Shown piece after piece: positions 14,461-32,970 of a stretch of 64,000 nucleotides of DNA (its first letter is position 1; each line of letters starts with the position of its first letter). This stretch comes from the human T2T-CHM13v2.0 reference genome, Homo sapiens. The position numbers and the translations under genes were made by a program. The notes beneath the pieces were generated by a model. It made no database searches, was not told the DNA's origin, and saw nothing but the letters and a program-made list of their open reading frames with translations. The stretch is from assembly GCF_009914755.1 (NCBI RefSeq), contig NC_060933.1; one strand, given 5' to 3'.

Positions 14461-16275
14461 TCTAGTCTTAAACTTGGCGTTTGTATTAGTTGGGTTTTCT
14501 GGTGTCTCTTTAGCAAGTGAAGTTTCTGGTTCCCTCCTTCACTGTGTGACCTGTCTAGTCCTCCTGGGTCGCATTTACAGAAGTTTATACGAGACCTAGT
14601 TTCCAGGGAAGAACTCACTGATTCCGCGAGGGAGATGGTGTAATGGATGATGGTCGTCAGCCTTAAGGGTACTTCAGTCTTAACTGTGTGTTACAAAGTT
14701 TGAAAGGGAGGGTTCCCTATGAATAAGAAGCGCACTTGAAAGAACAGCCGTCTGGTCTAACCTCTCACTGGTGCTTCAGAGAAGGAAAAAAGGTCACAGG
14801 TGAAGATCCCAGTTTTCCTCGCTCAGGAAATATTAATTCTACTCCCTAGAATGCACAAGATTTGCAAAGACTAGGTGATAGTAGAAGGTTTGGACGAACT
14901 TTCAGAAGGTTGAGGTGAATTCAGCTGAGAGGAACAGGCAAGGACTTAGGAAATATTCCTTATTTGAAGGGGCCTGAAAGTGTGGTCTGGGGTACAGGAG
15001 TGACCTGTCATACTTGAGAGGATTAAAATACTCTCCAAACACAGTCCCATTCCTTCAACCTTAGCTCGTTTTTTCCAGCGTCTGAGATATATTAAACCTA
15101 GTCCATCACCAAATTTAGCATTAGATTGCAAAGTTCTATTGATTGTATTTGATTTGTAATTTAAGATTTTCTCCCCCTACGTAATTTTGTTAAAAACACA
15201 GAAGTGAATTCTGTTCACTTAGGTGTAACAGTTAATACTTGCTGTTTAAGGAACTAATTAAACCTTACTGGCTTATAAAAAACAAACACCATTTTATTTG
15301 TTTGAAGTTCTGTGGATCTGCATTTTGGTGTGGTGGGTTCAGCTGCGTAGTTGATATATTTGTGTTGCCTGGATCACAGAAGAGCCCTTAGTCACCTGGT
15401 GCCTTGACTGAGCCTTGTTGGTTTAAGATAGTTTCCTTCACAATCTGGTGGTTTGTGGTGACTCTTGGCTAGGCCCTGTGTCTCCAACAGGGTAGCTCCA
15501 GACCTCTTCACAATATGACTGTGTCCAAAATGGCAAGAACCAATGGATATTTGCATCACATTTTCTATTGTCCATTCACTGGACAAGTCATATGGAAAAG
15601 CCCAATTTATTGTCAGAGCATAATATGAGGGCTTGGATAGAAGGAAAGGTGTTATTGGGAAACATGAGTACAATGGTGTACTGTAGGAAATACATATTAT
15701 GTACATTTTAAAAAATGTAATTGTAGGCCAAAATTGCTGGTTTGCAAGATGCACTTTCCATGATGTTCAGGTATAGAAAAGCAAGATGTACTGTCATGGG
15801 AACACTCATATGAAGTTATTTGTGGAATCTACATATTAATAGGAAAATAGTTAATACAGCCCAGCATATTTCTATAACATTTATTTTAGTGAACTTATAA
15901 TGTTTCTTTGCATTAAATTATTAGATTATATCTTTAGATAATATTGTTACTAAATTAGTAGGTAATACATATTTTTATTCAAAAATAAATTGTGCATCTA
16001 ATGTCTACCAATTAATGTACTTGTAGATGTATCTTATCTTGAGTCTTTGCTGCCCCTAATGAGGCGTGAAGGACTCTTCTCCCATGGGGAAGTTTTTCTT
16101 TTTCAGGAGGGAGGGGGACTTTCCCAGGTAATGTGTCTAGAGTGTTGGGCAGAAGAATCTGGGACCACACCACACCAGTTCTCTCCTTAATCCACGTCAT
16201 TTGCCTTCTATCCCAGCTATGTTTCCAGTGTCTTCTGGGTGTTTCCAAGAGCAACAAGAAATGAATAAATCTCTG
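14000..16275 (+). pseudogene. 5' part of a ZNF717-like KRAB-ZNF gene (exons 1-2 only)
   Basis: Exon 1 ends CTGCGG|GTTGGT at 14076, with an alternative donor ACGC|GTGAGC at 14162. Exon 2 (16217-16275) lies between TCCCAG| and |GTGAGT, and ATG 16219 gives MFPVSSGCFQEQQEMNKSL, close to the recalled ZNF717 N-terminus MFPVFSGCFQELQEKNKSL. No KRAB box or C2H2 array was seen downstream. Confidence 0.75.
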
Positions 16276-17092
16276 GTGAGTTGTTTATTTGTTCTTCACT
16301 TTGTTTTACACTATATTTTCTGAGTTTATGGGTGTCTGTGAATTAAAAAGAAGAAGTAGAAATAAGTAAAACTCAGGTTGAAGGAAATATACATAAATAA
16401 GATAAAGCTGACCTGTAGATATAGGCAGGTTATAAGAGCTTAGAGTTGTCTAAGTTGGGTGCAAATTTTCCTCTGATCTTTCTGATGCCGAGACAAAAAA
16501 GGCAGTCATATTTGTTACGTGATTGGAATGGAACCCGAGAAGAGAGCATGCTGTGTTCTTGTGGGACAGGAAAGTTTGTGTGCACCAAGTCTGAACCACC
16601 ACCTTCATTGGTGACATAGATTATATGCTGGAACTTATTTCACACTGGCCTGGCAGTAAACACTTGTAGTGTTGTGCAGTGGAAACGGTCATCTTCCGCT
16701 AAAGCATGGCATGTTGTGCAGTGGAAATGGTCATCTGCCACTAAACCACAGCTTCCATCGTAAGGTATGCTCCTTGCTCAAAGAGTGTGGTCCCAAACAG
16801 CTTTTGGGAGGTCCTCCTTGATTCATGGATGAAACCCGGAACATCCTGAGGACTGAGTTAACCATAGGTCCTTAAATAACTCTCCACACCTTTTTCTTAG
16901 TTTATCTCTACATGCGGGGTGTGCAGCAGCCTGTTCAAAGTCATATTTTCTGGGAAATATTTCCAGTGTTTATTTGCACTTTAGCCCACTCTGTGTAGTC
17001 TTATTTCTTCTAAACTCAGCATTAACCTAAATAATAGTCAAATTTAGGGGGACTGTATTTGCCTTACTCGAGTCTTCTACCATAGTTGAAAC

Positions 17093-17699
17093 TGTCGTAC
17101 CTGAATGAGTTAGAGAGAAACGCCACACTTTGAGACGAATTCAGGAGTCCTTTATTAGCCGGTGACTGAGAGACGGCTAATGCACGAAATTCTCTCAGCC
17201 CCGAGGAAGGGAATAGATTTACTTTTATACTTTGGTTTAGAGAGGGGAGGGGGGATTCCAGCTGCAGCAACTTTACAGAAGAAAAAAACAGACAAAAAAG
17301 TTAAAAAGACAGATGGATACAGGAAAACAAACTGTTCCTGGTTCAGGGGCTTTAAATTCACCACAAAGTGATAGGTGAGGGGGCTCTGGGCTTTATCTGC
17401 TGGACAAATGTGGGGGCTTTATGATACTATCTCTGAGTAATTTGCTGGGAACTGCGGACATCGCTTGCCTCAGCACTTTATCAGTTAATTGCACTCTTTG
17501 ATATGTTGAAAATCAGCTTGCACAAGTTAAAGTCCTTGAGGAAAGGGGGTGGGTAGGGAGCCCTTGATGTCTTGTAAATGAAGGAGCCAAATGGAGTTTG
17601 TCTGGTTTTCTCAGCTAAAGGAGAATCTGTTCATATTAAAAACAAGGTTAGCTATCTAAGGAAGAGTCTTTTCATGTTAATAAAACGTTGGGTATTACA
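17093..17699 (-). mobile_element. Solo LTR6-like (HERV-S71) LTR
   Basis: TGTCGTACCTGAATGAGTTAGAGAGAAACGCCACACTTTGAGACG..TTTATTAGCCGG; TG..CA ends; about 600 bp. Confidence 0.7.
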
Positions 17700-18512
17700 A
17701 ACCATCTGTTCATGATCTGGAAATTCTTCTGTGTTAGTTCTGTTAAAAGAAAAACTTTAAAGGAGGTTAATTGAGCAATAAGCGATTCACGAATCAGACA
17801 GTCCCCAGAATCACAGCAGATTCACAGAGACTCCAATGCAGTCATGTGGTGGCAGAAGATTTATAGACAAAAGGGAAGTGGCATACCGAAATCTGAAGTG
17901 AGGTACAGAAACAACTCAGCGTTTGCCTTGTTTGAACACAGTTTGAACATTTGTCGGTGCCTGAGTGGTTGAAGTTTGGCCATTGGGATTGGCCAAGATG
18001 TAGCTGTTGTTCCAGGTGCATACTCTTAAGTTAGTTCTTCATTCTTGTATATTTATTAAGGTAGGTTGCAGTTCATCCACAAGGACTCATATATAGAATT
18101 ATGGAGTCCTTCTCAGGCCATACTTAGTTCACTTTAACAATGCCTTCCCTTTGGTTATTTTCTCAATTTTGAAAGATTGGCCAAAACTTCAGTCACTGGT
18201 GTCACTATTACCATTGCAAATGTACTTACTTGGTTTAGACACCCACTGGGAAATAGACCAGTGAGATTTGAAAAGGTGGAACAAGGACTTGAGTAGAAGG
18301 TATCTTCTTATGCTGGAACATCCTGTTTACAGGAGAAAAACAAAACCTGGTTTGTTCTAGGATTTATGTGTTTCCTTAAAGTCTTAGTTTGATTATGTTA
18401 CATTTAACATGAGTGACTCCATTTTGGTTTGGTTTGGTCTGTTGGGACCTATTGCATGAGCTTAGTTCAAAACAATGGCCTCCCATAATTTTGCTTAAAA
18501 AATTCCTATTTT

Positions 18513-18820
<308 letters not shown>

Positions 18821-18879
18821 TCAAGTTCTCACTTAGTTGAGAGTGTGACCAAAATGTAGGGCCTTAGCATCCCTCTTAG

Positions 18880-19620
18880 TTACCGTTGTTTTGGGTTCCG
18901 GTTTTAGCACGTCATTCCCATTGTTTTGGGTTTCTGGTTTAGCACGTCACTCCCATTGTTTTGGGTTCCAGTTTTAGCACGTCACTCCCATTGTTTTGGG
19001 TTCTGGTTTAGCACATCACTCCCATTGTTTTGGGTTCTGGTTTTAGCACATCACTCCCATTGTTTTGGGTTTCTGGTTTAGCAGGACGCTCCCATTGTTT
19101 TGGGTTTCTGTTTTTAGCACATCACTCCCATTGTTTTGGGTTTCTGGTTTTAGCACGTCACTCCCATTGTTTTGGGTTCCAGTTTTAGCATGTCACTCCC
19201 ATTGTTTTGGGTTTCTGGTTTAGCAGGTCACTCCCATTGTTTTTGGTTTCTGGTTTAGCAGGTCACTCCCATTGTTTTGGGTTTCTGGTTTAGCAGGTCA
19301 CTCCCATTGTTTTCGGTTTCTGGTTTAGCAGGACACTCCCATTGTTTTCGGTTCCGGTTTAAGCACATCACTCCCATTGTTTTCATTTCCGGTTTTAGCA
19401 CATCACTCCCATTGTTTTGGGTTCCGGTTTTAGCAAGTCACTCCCATTGTTTTGGGTTTCTGGTTTAGCACGTCACTCCCATTGTTTTGGGTTCTGGTTT
19501 TAGTGCACGTCAATCCCATTGTTTTGGGTTCCAGTTTTAGTACATCACTTCCATTGTTTTGGGTTTTTGGTTTAGCATGTTACTCCCATTGTTTTGGGTT
19601 TCCGGTTTAGCATGTCACTC
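18880..19620. repeat. ~35-bp minisatellite (VNTR), about 21 copies
   Basis: Unit approximately GCACGTCACTCCCATTGTTTTGGGTT(T/C)C(T/C)GGTTTTA in tandem. Confidence 0.95.
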
Positions 19621-20932
19621 ATAGGTTATGGTGTCCTTATGGTTGCACATTTTTTTTAAATCTCTTGTCATTCCAGTTGAAGAGATACCATTTGACATTT
19701 TAGAGATGTCTGCATACAAACTCTTAAAACATTTGAGTAAGTACAGTGCACCAGGGAGACTCTTATGACTATTGGGATAACACCAAGAATTTGGTATATG
19801 CTTCTTACTCAGGGTCCCCATAAATCAAACCACCTAAAATCAAATAGATTAAAGAATGAATTAGATAAAGAGTTTTCTTGCTTAACTAAGTGGGTTTTTT
19901 TGTTAATTCCCTACAACCAAATCTTTATTATACCCCATGTTTTCTCCACATGCTGTAAGTGTTAGCAGCTGCACAGATACTTAAGATAAGAGTCTCATGA
20001 TAGTAGAGAAGTCATGATTTGTGATCTTGGGAAAAGCTGTTCACTTTAAGGATGCCATCTTCTTCTGGGGGGAACTGTCCTTTTTAGCTTTACCTTAAGG
20101 GTTCCAATGGGTATATGGTTCTGAGAGTGGAGGGACCCTTCTGAGTTGTGAGACTATGAACCCAAAGTTTAAGGTTTTAAAGTTTTGCTGTCATGTGGAT
20201 GGCAAGGGCAGTCCTTCTCTGATGTTCTCAGAAGATCCAGTCATCAGATTCTAGATTTTGGAGGGGTTGACTGTCCTCAGTGAACCATAAAAGGTTTTCT
20301 TTACCTGGTGAAAATACACTTCAGGGTAATAATCTACTGTTTTAACATCAACTCTCTTACATGGAAGAGCTTTTATACAATCAGAAAACATGCACTGAAA
20401 ATGACAACTGAATGAAATCCCTTTATAAAATGTTTAAATGACCTATCAGGTAACCAAATGTACCTGAAGTTTTGATTGTTTTCCTAGGAATATAGGTTTG
20501 ACAAACCAAACATTGGTTATAAACTATTTTAGCAATTTAGAAATCACCACACCAACATATTTAATTTGGATCATTTTCTCTTTCCATGATGAGTTATGGA
20601 ATGCAGAACTTTTTATAACAAAAGTTTTAAGGACTTAAGAAGGATAAGGTGGCCATCCTGGTTCTTCATAAGTCTGTGCTTAATTAACATTAGACTTACA
20701 TCCTCTTGAATAGCAACTGTTTCTCCAAATTAGGTGCATGGCACTGGTAACTGATGAGTAGTTATAGGTAATTTGACTTAGACCATGGAGTTTATTTAAA
20801 TTATATATCTAAACAATTTCAATATTGGTGATTTAGCATGCAAATGTGGCAAAATATTTCCTTGGTTTAAAATTTTTGTTTTACTTGGGTTAGCAGTTTT
20901 ATAAACCAGTTGGTCTTTTTATTAAATTTTGA

Positions 20933-21229
<297 letters not shown>

Positions 21230-21374
21230 TAACTTTTGAGAATTCTTAAGCTGTACAATTCTTGGGGTATCGGAGAACTTATGGGGAATTTTTACCCATG
21301 ATATTAAAGTTATTAGAAATCTGTGTTCACAAGTGTTTTTCAGGGTCCTTTTCATTCTTTCATGAATCTTCTTT

Positions 21375-27537
<6,163 letters not shown>

Positions 27538-27628
27538 ATTATTTTTTAATATTATCTGAAAATCTTCTTTAAAGAGAGAAAGCCTAATGTCACCCACTTT
27601 TTCATAAAACCTTATAGGCAAATCTATT

Positions 27629-27931
27629 CTTCTTCTTTTTTTTTTTTTTGAGATGGATTTTCCCTCTTGTTGCCCAGGCTGGAGTGCAATGGTGCGATCT
27701 TGGTTTACTGCAACCCCCTGCCTCCCAGGTTCAAGAGATTCTCCCACACCAGCTCCTGAGTAGCTGGGATTAGAGGCATGCGCCACCATGCCCAGCTAAT
27801 TTTGTGTTTTTAGTAGAGACGGGGTTTTTCCTTGTTGGTCAGGCTGGCCCTGAAATCCTGACCTCAGGTGATCCACCTGCCTCAGCCTCCCAAAGTGTTG
27901 CGATTACAGGCATGAGCCACTGCCCATGGCC
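27629..27931 (-). mobile_element. AluS SINE
   Basis: Full Alu on the minus strand. Confidence 0.9.
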
Positions 27932-28874
27932 ATTTTTTTTTTTAAAGATAGCATCTTGCTCCGTCACCCTCCTCACCACATTATAGCTCTGGGGGCCAAG
28001 CTGCATCACAATGGAAATCATGGAGCCACAGGAAGAATCCACTCAGCTTTGCAAGATGCTGTCCAAGGGGTTGCTTGGAGTAACCAAATTAACATTTTTC
28101 ATTCTGCTCAGAGCAAAATACATGTAAGAAAACATAGACATGAGCCACTTTGCTTAGCACCCAGTGTCAAACTGGTAAGACTTAAACTTGCTCCCAGATA
28201 GGCCGTGCCATCTCTAAATCTTTTTAGAAGCTTCTGCATATTAATAGGCATCCCTAGATGAGACTAATTTGGGAGCCCTCATTTTTAAATGCACTTCAGG
28301 GCATTATTCATTTGGAATGTTCCACTGTAAGTTATCTTTAGTAAGATTTTGCCATTTCTGTAAGACTTTGCTGCTTCCCAGGCCTAATGAATTAGCCAGA
28401 AGGAACTTAGTTTTCCAGAAATTAAGGATCCTATTTTTACCTAATATATTGGCTTTACTCCCAGGTTCCCTTGATTGACTTAGCCAATGATTTTTTTTTC
28501 CTACCTAAGCATGCGAGGAAAATGAAACAAAGGGGTAGAACACAAAAATCTCTGTGAATTTTCAAAAGCCAAATTTTACAACCCTCCAATATTATCATTT
28601 ACTATCACTTTCCTTCTGACCCATTCAGATGTAGGAGGCCTCTAACTGCAACTGGATTCAAGCCAGTTAACTACTGGATCAAATCTGATCCTGGACCTGG
28701 TCCCGTTTCTGTCATAACTTCTAAAACATCCAGCCAGTCATGGCTGGATAGCAGTTTGGAACAGAAATTTGCTCAAAGAAACTCAGAGCTCAAAACACAA
28801 ATCCATGGAGCTCTGAAATCGGAGAGAGAATTTACCACAATCCCCAGCTGCTCCGAGAGGTCAAAGGGCACAAG

Positions 28875-30128
28875 TGTTACAGAATCCTGAGGCGTCACTT
28901 TTCTGCCTGAAACCTCTGGCTGGTGGCGCCTTTACCTGTGTTTTGCTCGGGCCCACTGGGTTTGTTCTGTCCACTCGGCTCATGCTAGTGGTCTGGATCA
29001 CACACCTGCCAAGGGTAAGCTGGGTACAGAGCAGTGAAGGGTGTGTGAACGAGCATGGGATCTGGCCACTGCACACAGCCAAGCATGCCAGCTGTGGTGG
29101 GGTGGGCAGCTCCAGGCACTGGCACAGGTGCCAGCTCCCTGTGAGGATGCAGCTGGATCAGGCCGACTGCAAACAGCTTCCACTGTGGGTATCAGGGAAT
29201 GCAGTGGCGCCCGGAAGCTTGGAGATGCAGGAACTGCAGAGCCCCAAAGAAGGTGTCACAGCCCTGGCTTGGGGCGCACCTAGGTCTGGGCTCCCTGAAG
29301 GGCCACAGCTCTTCTCTCCTTCTCTCTTCTCTTCTTCTTGCCTGCAATTTGGCAAGCAAGGGGTGCGTTTCAGCCCTGTTTATGTTACACCTCCTTCAGC
29401 CCTGCTAGTTGGCAGGTCCTGAGTTCTTGTCCTGAGTCCAGGAAGAATGAGGTATGTGGGCAAGTAGAAGGTGAGCAAGGTGAAGAGGTGCTTTATTGAG
29501 CAACAGTACAGCTCAGAGGAGACCTGCAGTGGGTAGCTCCTTTCTGCAGGCAGGTCATCCCAACGTCTGTTCAGCTCTCAGCATCTGAGACGCACGGTGG
29601 TTAGCTGTGCCCACAGTGCCCAGGCTGTTCGAGCTGAGGAGTGCCTTCAGGCCAGTGCTGAGCCACTCTTAGCCCCACCTCAACCTCCCTCCTGTGCTTG
29701 TCAGTGCCCAAAGTCTGGAGGGAGCCGAGGTGGTAGGGGGCTGGCATGTCAGCACTGCCCTGAGCTTGCACAAACTGGGCTGGGTTGTGACTGTGCCCGG
29801 GTTCAGCCTCAACTTGGATCCGAAGTTGGAGTGGGCTCTGGGCGTGGAGAGACGCCAGGTGGTGGGACCAGGTACGACTGAGCCTGCAGGGGCAGGGGGG
29901 CTTGCTGGGCCTCTGAGAGTGCAAAGATGCCCGGGTTTGCAGTCATGGCTGGATGGCTGCAGCTGTGCCTGGGAGGGCGGGGCTCCTGCCTGCCAATTTA
30001 GAAGGGGTGGGTCTCCCACCCATTCCTGGCTCCCACCAGCTTCAAGGAGCGCACAGACCCAGCCACACCTCCCCACTGCAGCCAGTGTCTCCGTAGCAAC
30101 TGCTCCACGTGGGCCACTGCTGCCATCA
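28875..30128 (-). mobile_element. MER52-type solo LTR nested in the MER57 internal region
   Basis: Runs TGTTACAGAATCC..CACTGCTGCCATCA, is GC-rich, and is the reverse-complement homolog of 6910-7448. Confidence 0.8.
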
Positions 30129-30248
30129 CAGAGCAGTCCGTGCAGGTGCCTTTCTTGTACCTCAGCACTCCTGGGGGTCATTAGAAACCCTAGCAACACT
30201 GCTCACCACACTATAGCTCCAGAGGCCCTAGCAGTCCTGCTCCCACAG

Positions 30249-30266
30249 ATCCCACTTCTGACACCA
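30249..30266 (-). promoter_or_regulatory. Retroviral primer-binding site, tRNA-Leu(CAA) type
   Basis: Minus strand TGGTGTCAGAAGTGGGAT, 2 nt inside the 5' LTR; complementary to the recalled tRNA-Leu-CAA 3' end ATCCCACTTCTGACACCA. Confidence 0.85.
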
Positions 30267-31156
30267 TCTATTAAAAGAAAATCTTCAGCTGAATTAAATT
30301 TAAAGGAACTTAATTGAGCAATGAATGATTAACGAATCAGGCAGCCCCCAGAATCACAGCAGATTCAGTGAGACTCCAGCACAGCTACGTGGTGGAAGAT
30401 TTATAGACAATAAAGGGAACATGATGTACAGAAATCTGAAGTGAGGAGTGAGGTCCAGAAGCAACTGGGTCCATTACAGTTCTCAGCAGTGAGGTCCAGA
30501 AACAACTGGACTGGTTACAGTGCTCAGCATTTGCCTTATTTGAACACAGCTGAACACTCAGCAGTGTGTGAGTGGCAGAAGTTTGGCTGTTGGGATTGGC
30601 CAGAACTCAGCTATAGTTACAGGCACATACTCCTAAGTTAGGTTATCAGTCTTTCTACCTATTAAGTTAGGTTGCAGTTTGTCCACAGGGACTCAAATCT
30701 AGAAGTACAGAGTCCTTCCCAGGCCATATTTAGTTCACTGTAACAGTTCCTATTATGACCTCACTGACAGTTCTTTTTCTCTGAATTTTCCTTTCTTCTC
30801 AACAGCTTGTCCAAATGTTCCATTGGTCCCTGTTCATCCCGCCCTGCAGTTCTGCTTGACTGATTCAGCCCTTTGTGGTTTGCAGTCCTGTTTCTCTACA
30901 GCTTGGACCCCTTCAGTCTTTCCATCATAGGTTTAACTCTCTGTTGAATGCTTCTTTGTAGCTACGCAAAAGTTACCTTAAGCTCAAAAAATTCAAAGTG
31001 AAAGCCACATCCTCCTCTCTTCCCTTATGTGTATGGTATTACTACCATGCAGCCAGTGACCCAAAGTGGGATTTCTTCTGGGCTTTTCTTGCTTAGATTC
31101 AGGCTCATCTGGTGTCAGCCTTGTTACTTTTGTTTCCTTGTTCTTTTATTTCTAAT

Positions 31157-31448
31157 TTTTTTTCTTTTGAGACAGGTTTCGCTCTTGTTGCCCAGGCTAG
31201 AGCGCAGTGGTGTGATCTCGGCTCACCACAGCCTCCACCTCCTGGGTTCAAGCAGTTCTCCTGCCTCAGCTCCTCAGTAGCTGGTATTACAGGCATTTGC
31301 CACCACACCCGGCTAATTTTGTATTTTTAGTAGAGATGGGGTTTCTCTGTTTTGATCAAGGTGGTCTCGAACTCCCGACCTCAGGTGATCCGCCTGCCTT
31401 GGCCTCCCAAAATGCTGGGATTACAGGAGTGAGCCACCGTGCCTGGCC
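31157..31448 (-). mobile_element. AluS SINE
   Basis: Full Alu on the minus strand. Confidence 0.9.
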
Positions 31449-32199
31449 TGCTTGTTGTTTTCACCTCATCCTTATTTCTGAATACAGGAGAGGAGCTGAG
31501 TTGGTATTCACTAACAAGCACGGAAGCTTTGTTACATTTACAGTGTCATTCTTGGCAAAACCTGAATGGTATGTTTGTGGGGTGATGAGGTTCAGTCCCC
31601 TGTGACCTGTGCATCCGGCCAACACTGTGGTGACATCCTTAGGAATCCATGGGGAGAGAGAAAGCATTCAGGAGTTAGTGGGTCACGTTTGAGAAGGGCC
31701 AATAAAGAAATATGCAAAGACAAAAAACAAGAAGAGCATTGTCATATTTTATACCTTTTGTTTATATAAATTTATGTCAATGATTCTAGCTTATGTTAAT
31801 ATGCAATGTATACAATATGCTAACATATACAATATATGTTTATAGTTTAAACATTTCTGTCATGTTTTCAGATTCTTTAAAAATTATATTACACTTCCTA
31901 TTTCAGATAGCTGTTTAAAATGAGTAAGGAGAAACAGATGTGTGCATCAGTTCTAACTGTTTATGGAATAAAACTAGTTGATTTCTTCGTTAAGAACAAA
32001 AAGTGACAACCTAATTAACTGAAAATTTTAAGTAGGCAATTATAGTTTTAGCTTTAACGTAAAATATTAACTATGCTCCCTTCTTGCATTTTTAACCTAA
32101 TACTCAATATAAATCGCCACATGCCATGTTTCAGATCAAGGTTCTACTTGTGATCTCTCATGAGTTTTTCAAGGTTTTAATTATCTGAGATGTAACAAT

Positions 32200-32690
32200 G
32201 TACCAGTAACCTTACTGGCTTAAACCAGGAATTTATTCTTTTTACATGTCACAATTTTCTGGGTCAAGACACAGGACAGGGCTGTGTGGGTTGGTTGCTT
32301 CATGATGTCCCTGGTCTCATCTGGAAGGACTCTAGTGGCTGGGGACGTGAAGCAGGCACCCAGAAGGACTCTAGTGGCTGGGGACATGGAGCAGGCACCC
32401 AGCCCTCTCTTTGTGGCCAGCATGGACTTCCTCCCAGTCTGGCAGTGTCAGGTAGTCAGGTTTGTCTGGCTTCTCCCAGGGTGTGTGTCCAAGAGGCCCA
32501 GGCAGAAGCTGTAAGGCCTCTCATGATCGCCCCTCAGAAGTCCCAGAGCATCTCTCCTGCCACACTGTCCAGTCGTACTCATCACTGAGACCAGCCATGA
32601 TTCAAGGGGGGAAGGTGATTAGATTCCGCCTCTTGATGAGAAGCATAGTAGGAACCTGCAGCAGTCTTTAATAAACCACAGCTTGTCCTC
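32200..32690. mobile_element. MLT1-like (ERVL-MaLR) LTR remnant
   Basis: AACCTTACTGGCTTAAACCAGGAATTTATT..CAATTTTCTGGGTCAAG..CCATGATTCAAGGGGGG; contains a 39-bp internal duplication (about 32326-32401). Confidence 0.5.
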
Positions 32691-32796
32691 TGGTCACAAA
32701 CTATTAACATTTCTCCCACATGCAAATTATGCTTTGCCCCTCTCAAGAGCCCCAGAATGGTTTTCCTTATGGCACTGGCTGGTAGCCAACTGAATC

Positions 32797-32970
32797 CTGA
32801 ATCAGGTTGTGGTGGCCTGTCATCTGCACCCCCACACACAGCCACAGTGGGGACTGAATCAGGTTGTGGTGGCCTGTCATCTGCACCCGACACACTCAGC
32901 CGCAGTGAGGACTGAATCAGGTTGTTGTGACCTATCATCTGCGCCCACACACTCAGCCGCAGTGAGGGGA
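32797..32970. repeat. ~57-bp tandem repeat, 3 copies
   Basis: CTGAATCAGGTTGTGGTGGCCTGTCATCTGCACCC..CAGCC(A/G)CAGTG repeated three times. Confidence 0.85.

Noticed and set aside
18880-19620. CRISPR-like ~35-bp repeats
   Set aside because: Head-to-tail units without unique spacers, in primate DNA with no cas genes.
30249-30266. tRNA gene
   Set aside because: Only the 18-nt 3' end including CCA is present, next to an LTR, so it is a PBS.
28874-30317. ORFs of 176-207 aa
   Set aside because: They lie within or overlap the GC-rich MER52 LTR and show no protein homology I recognise.
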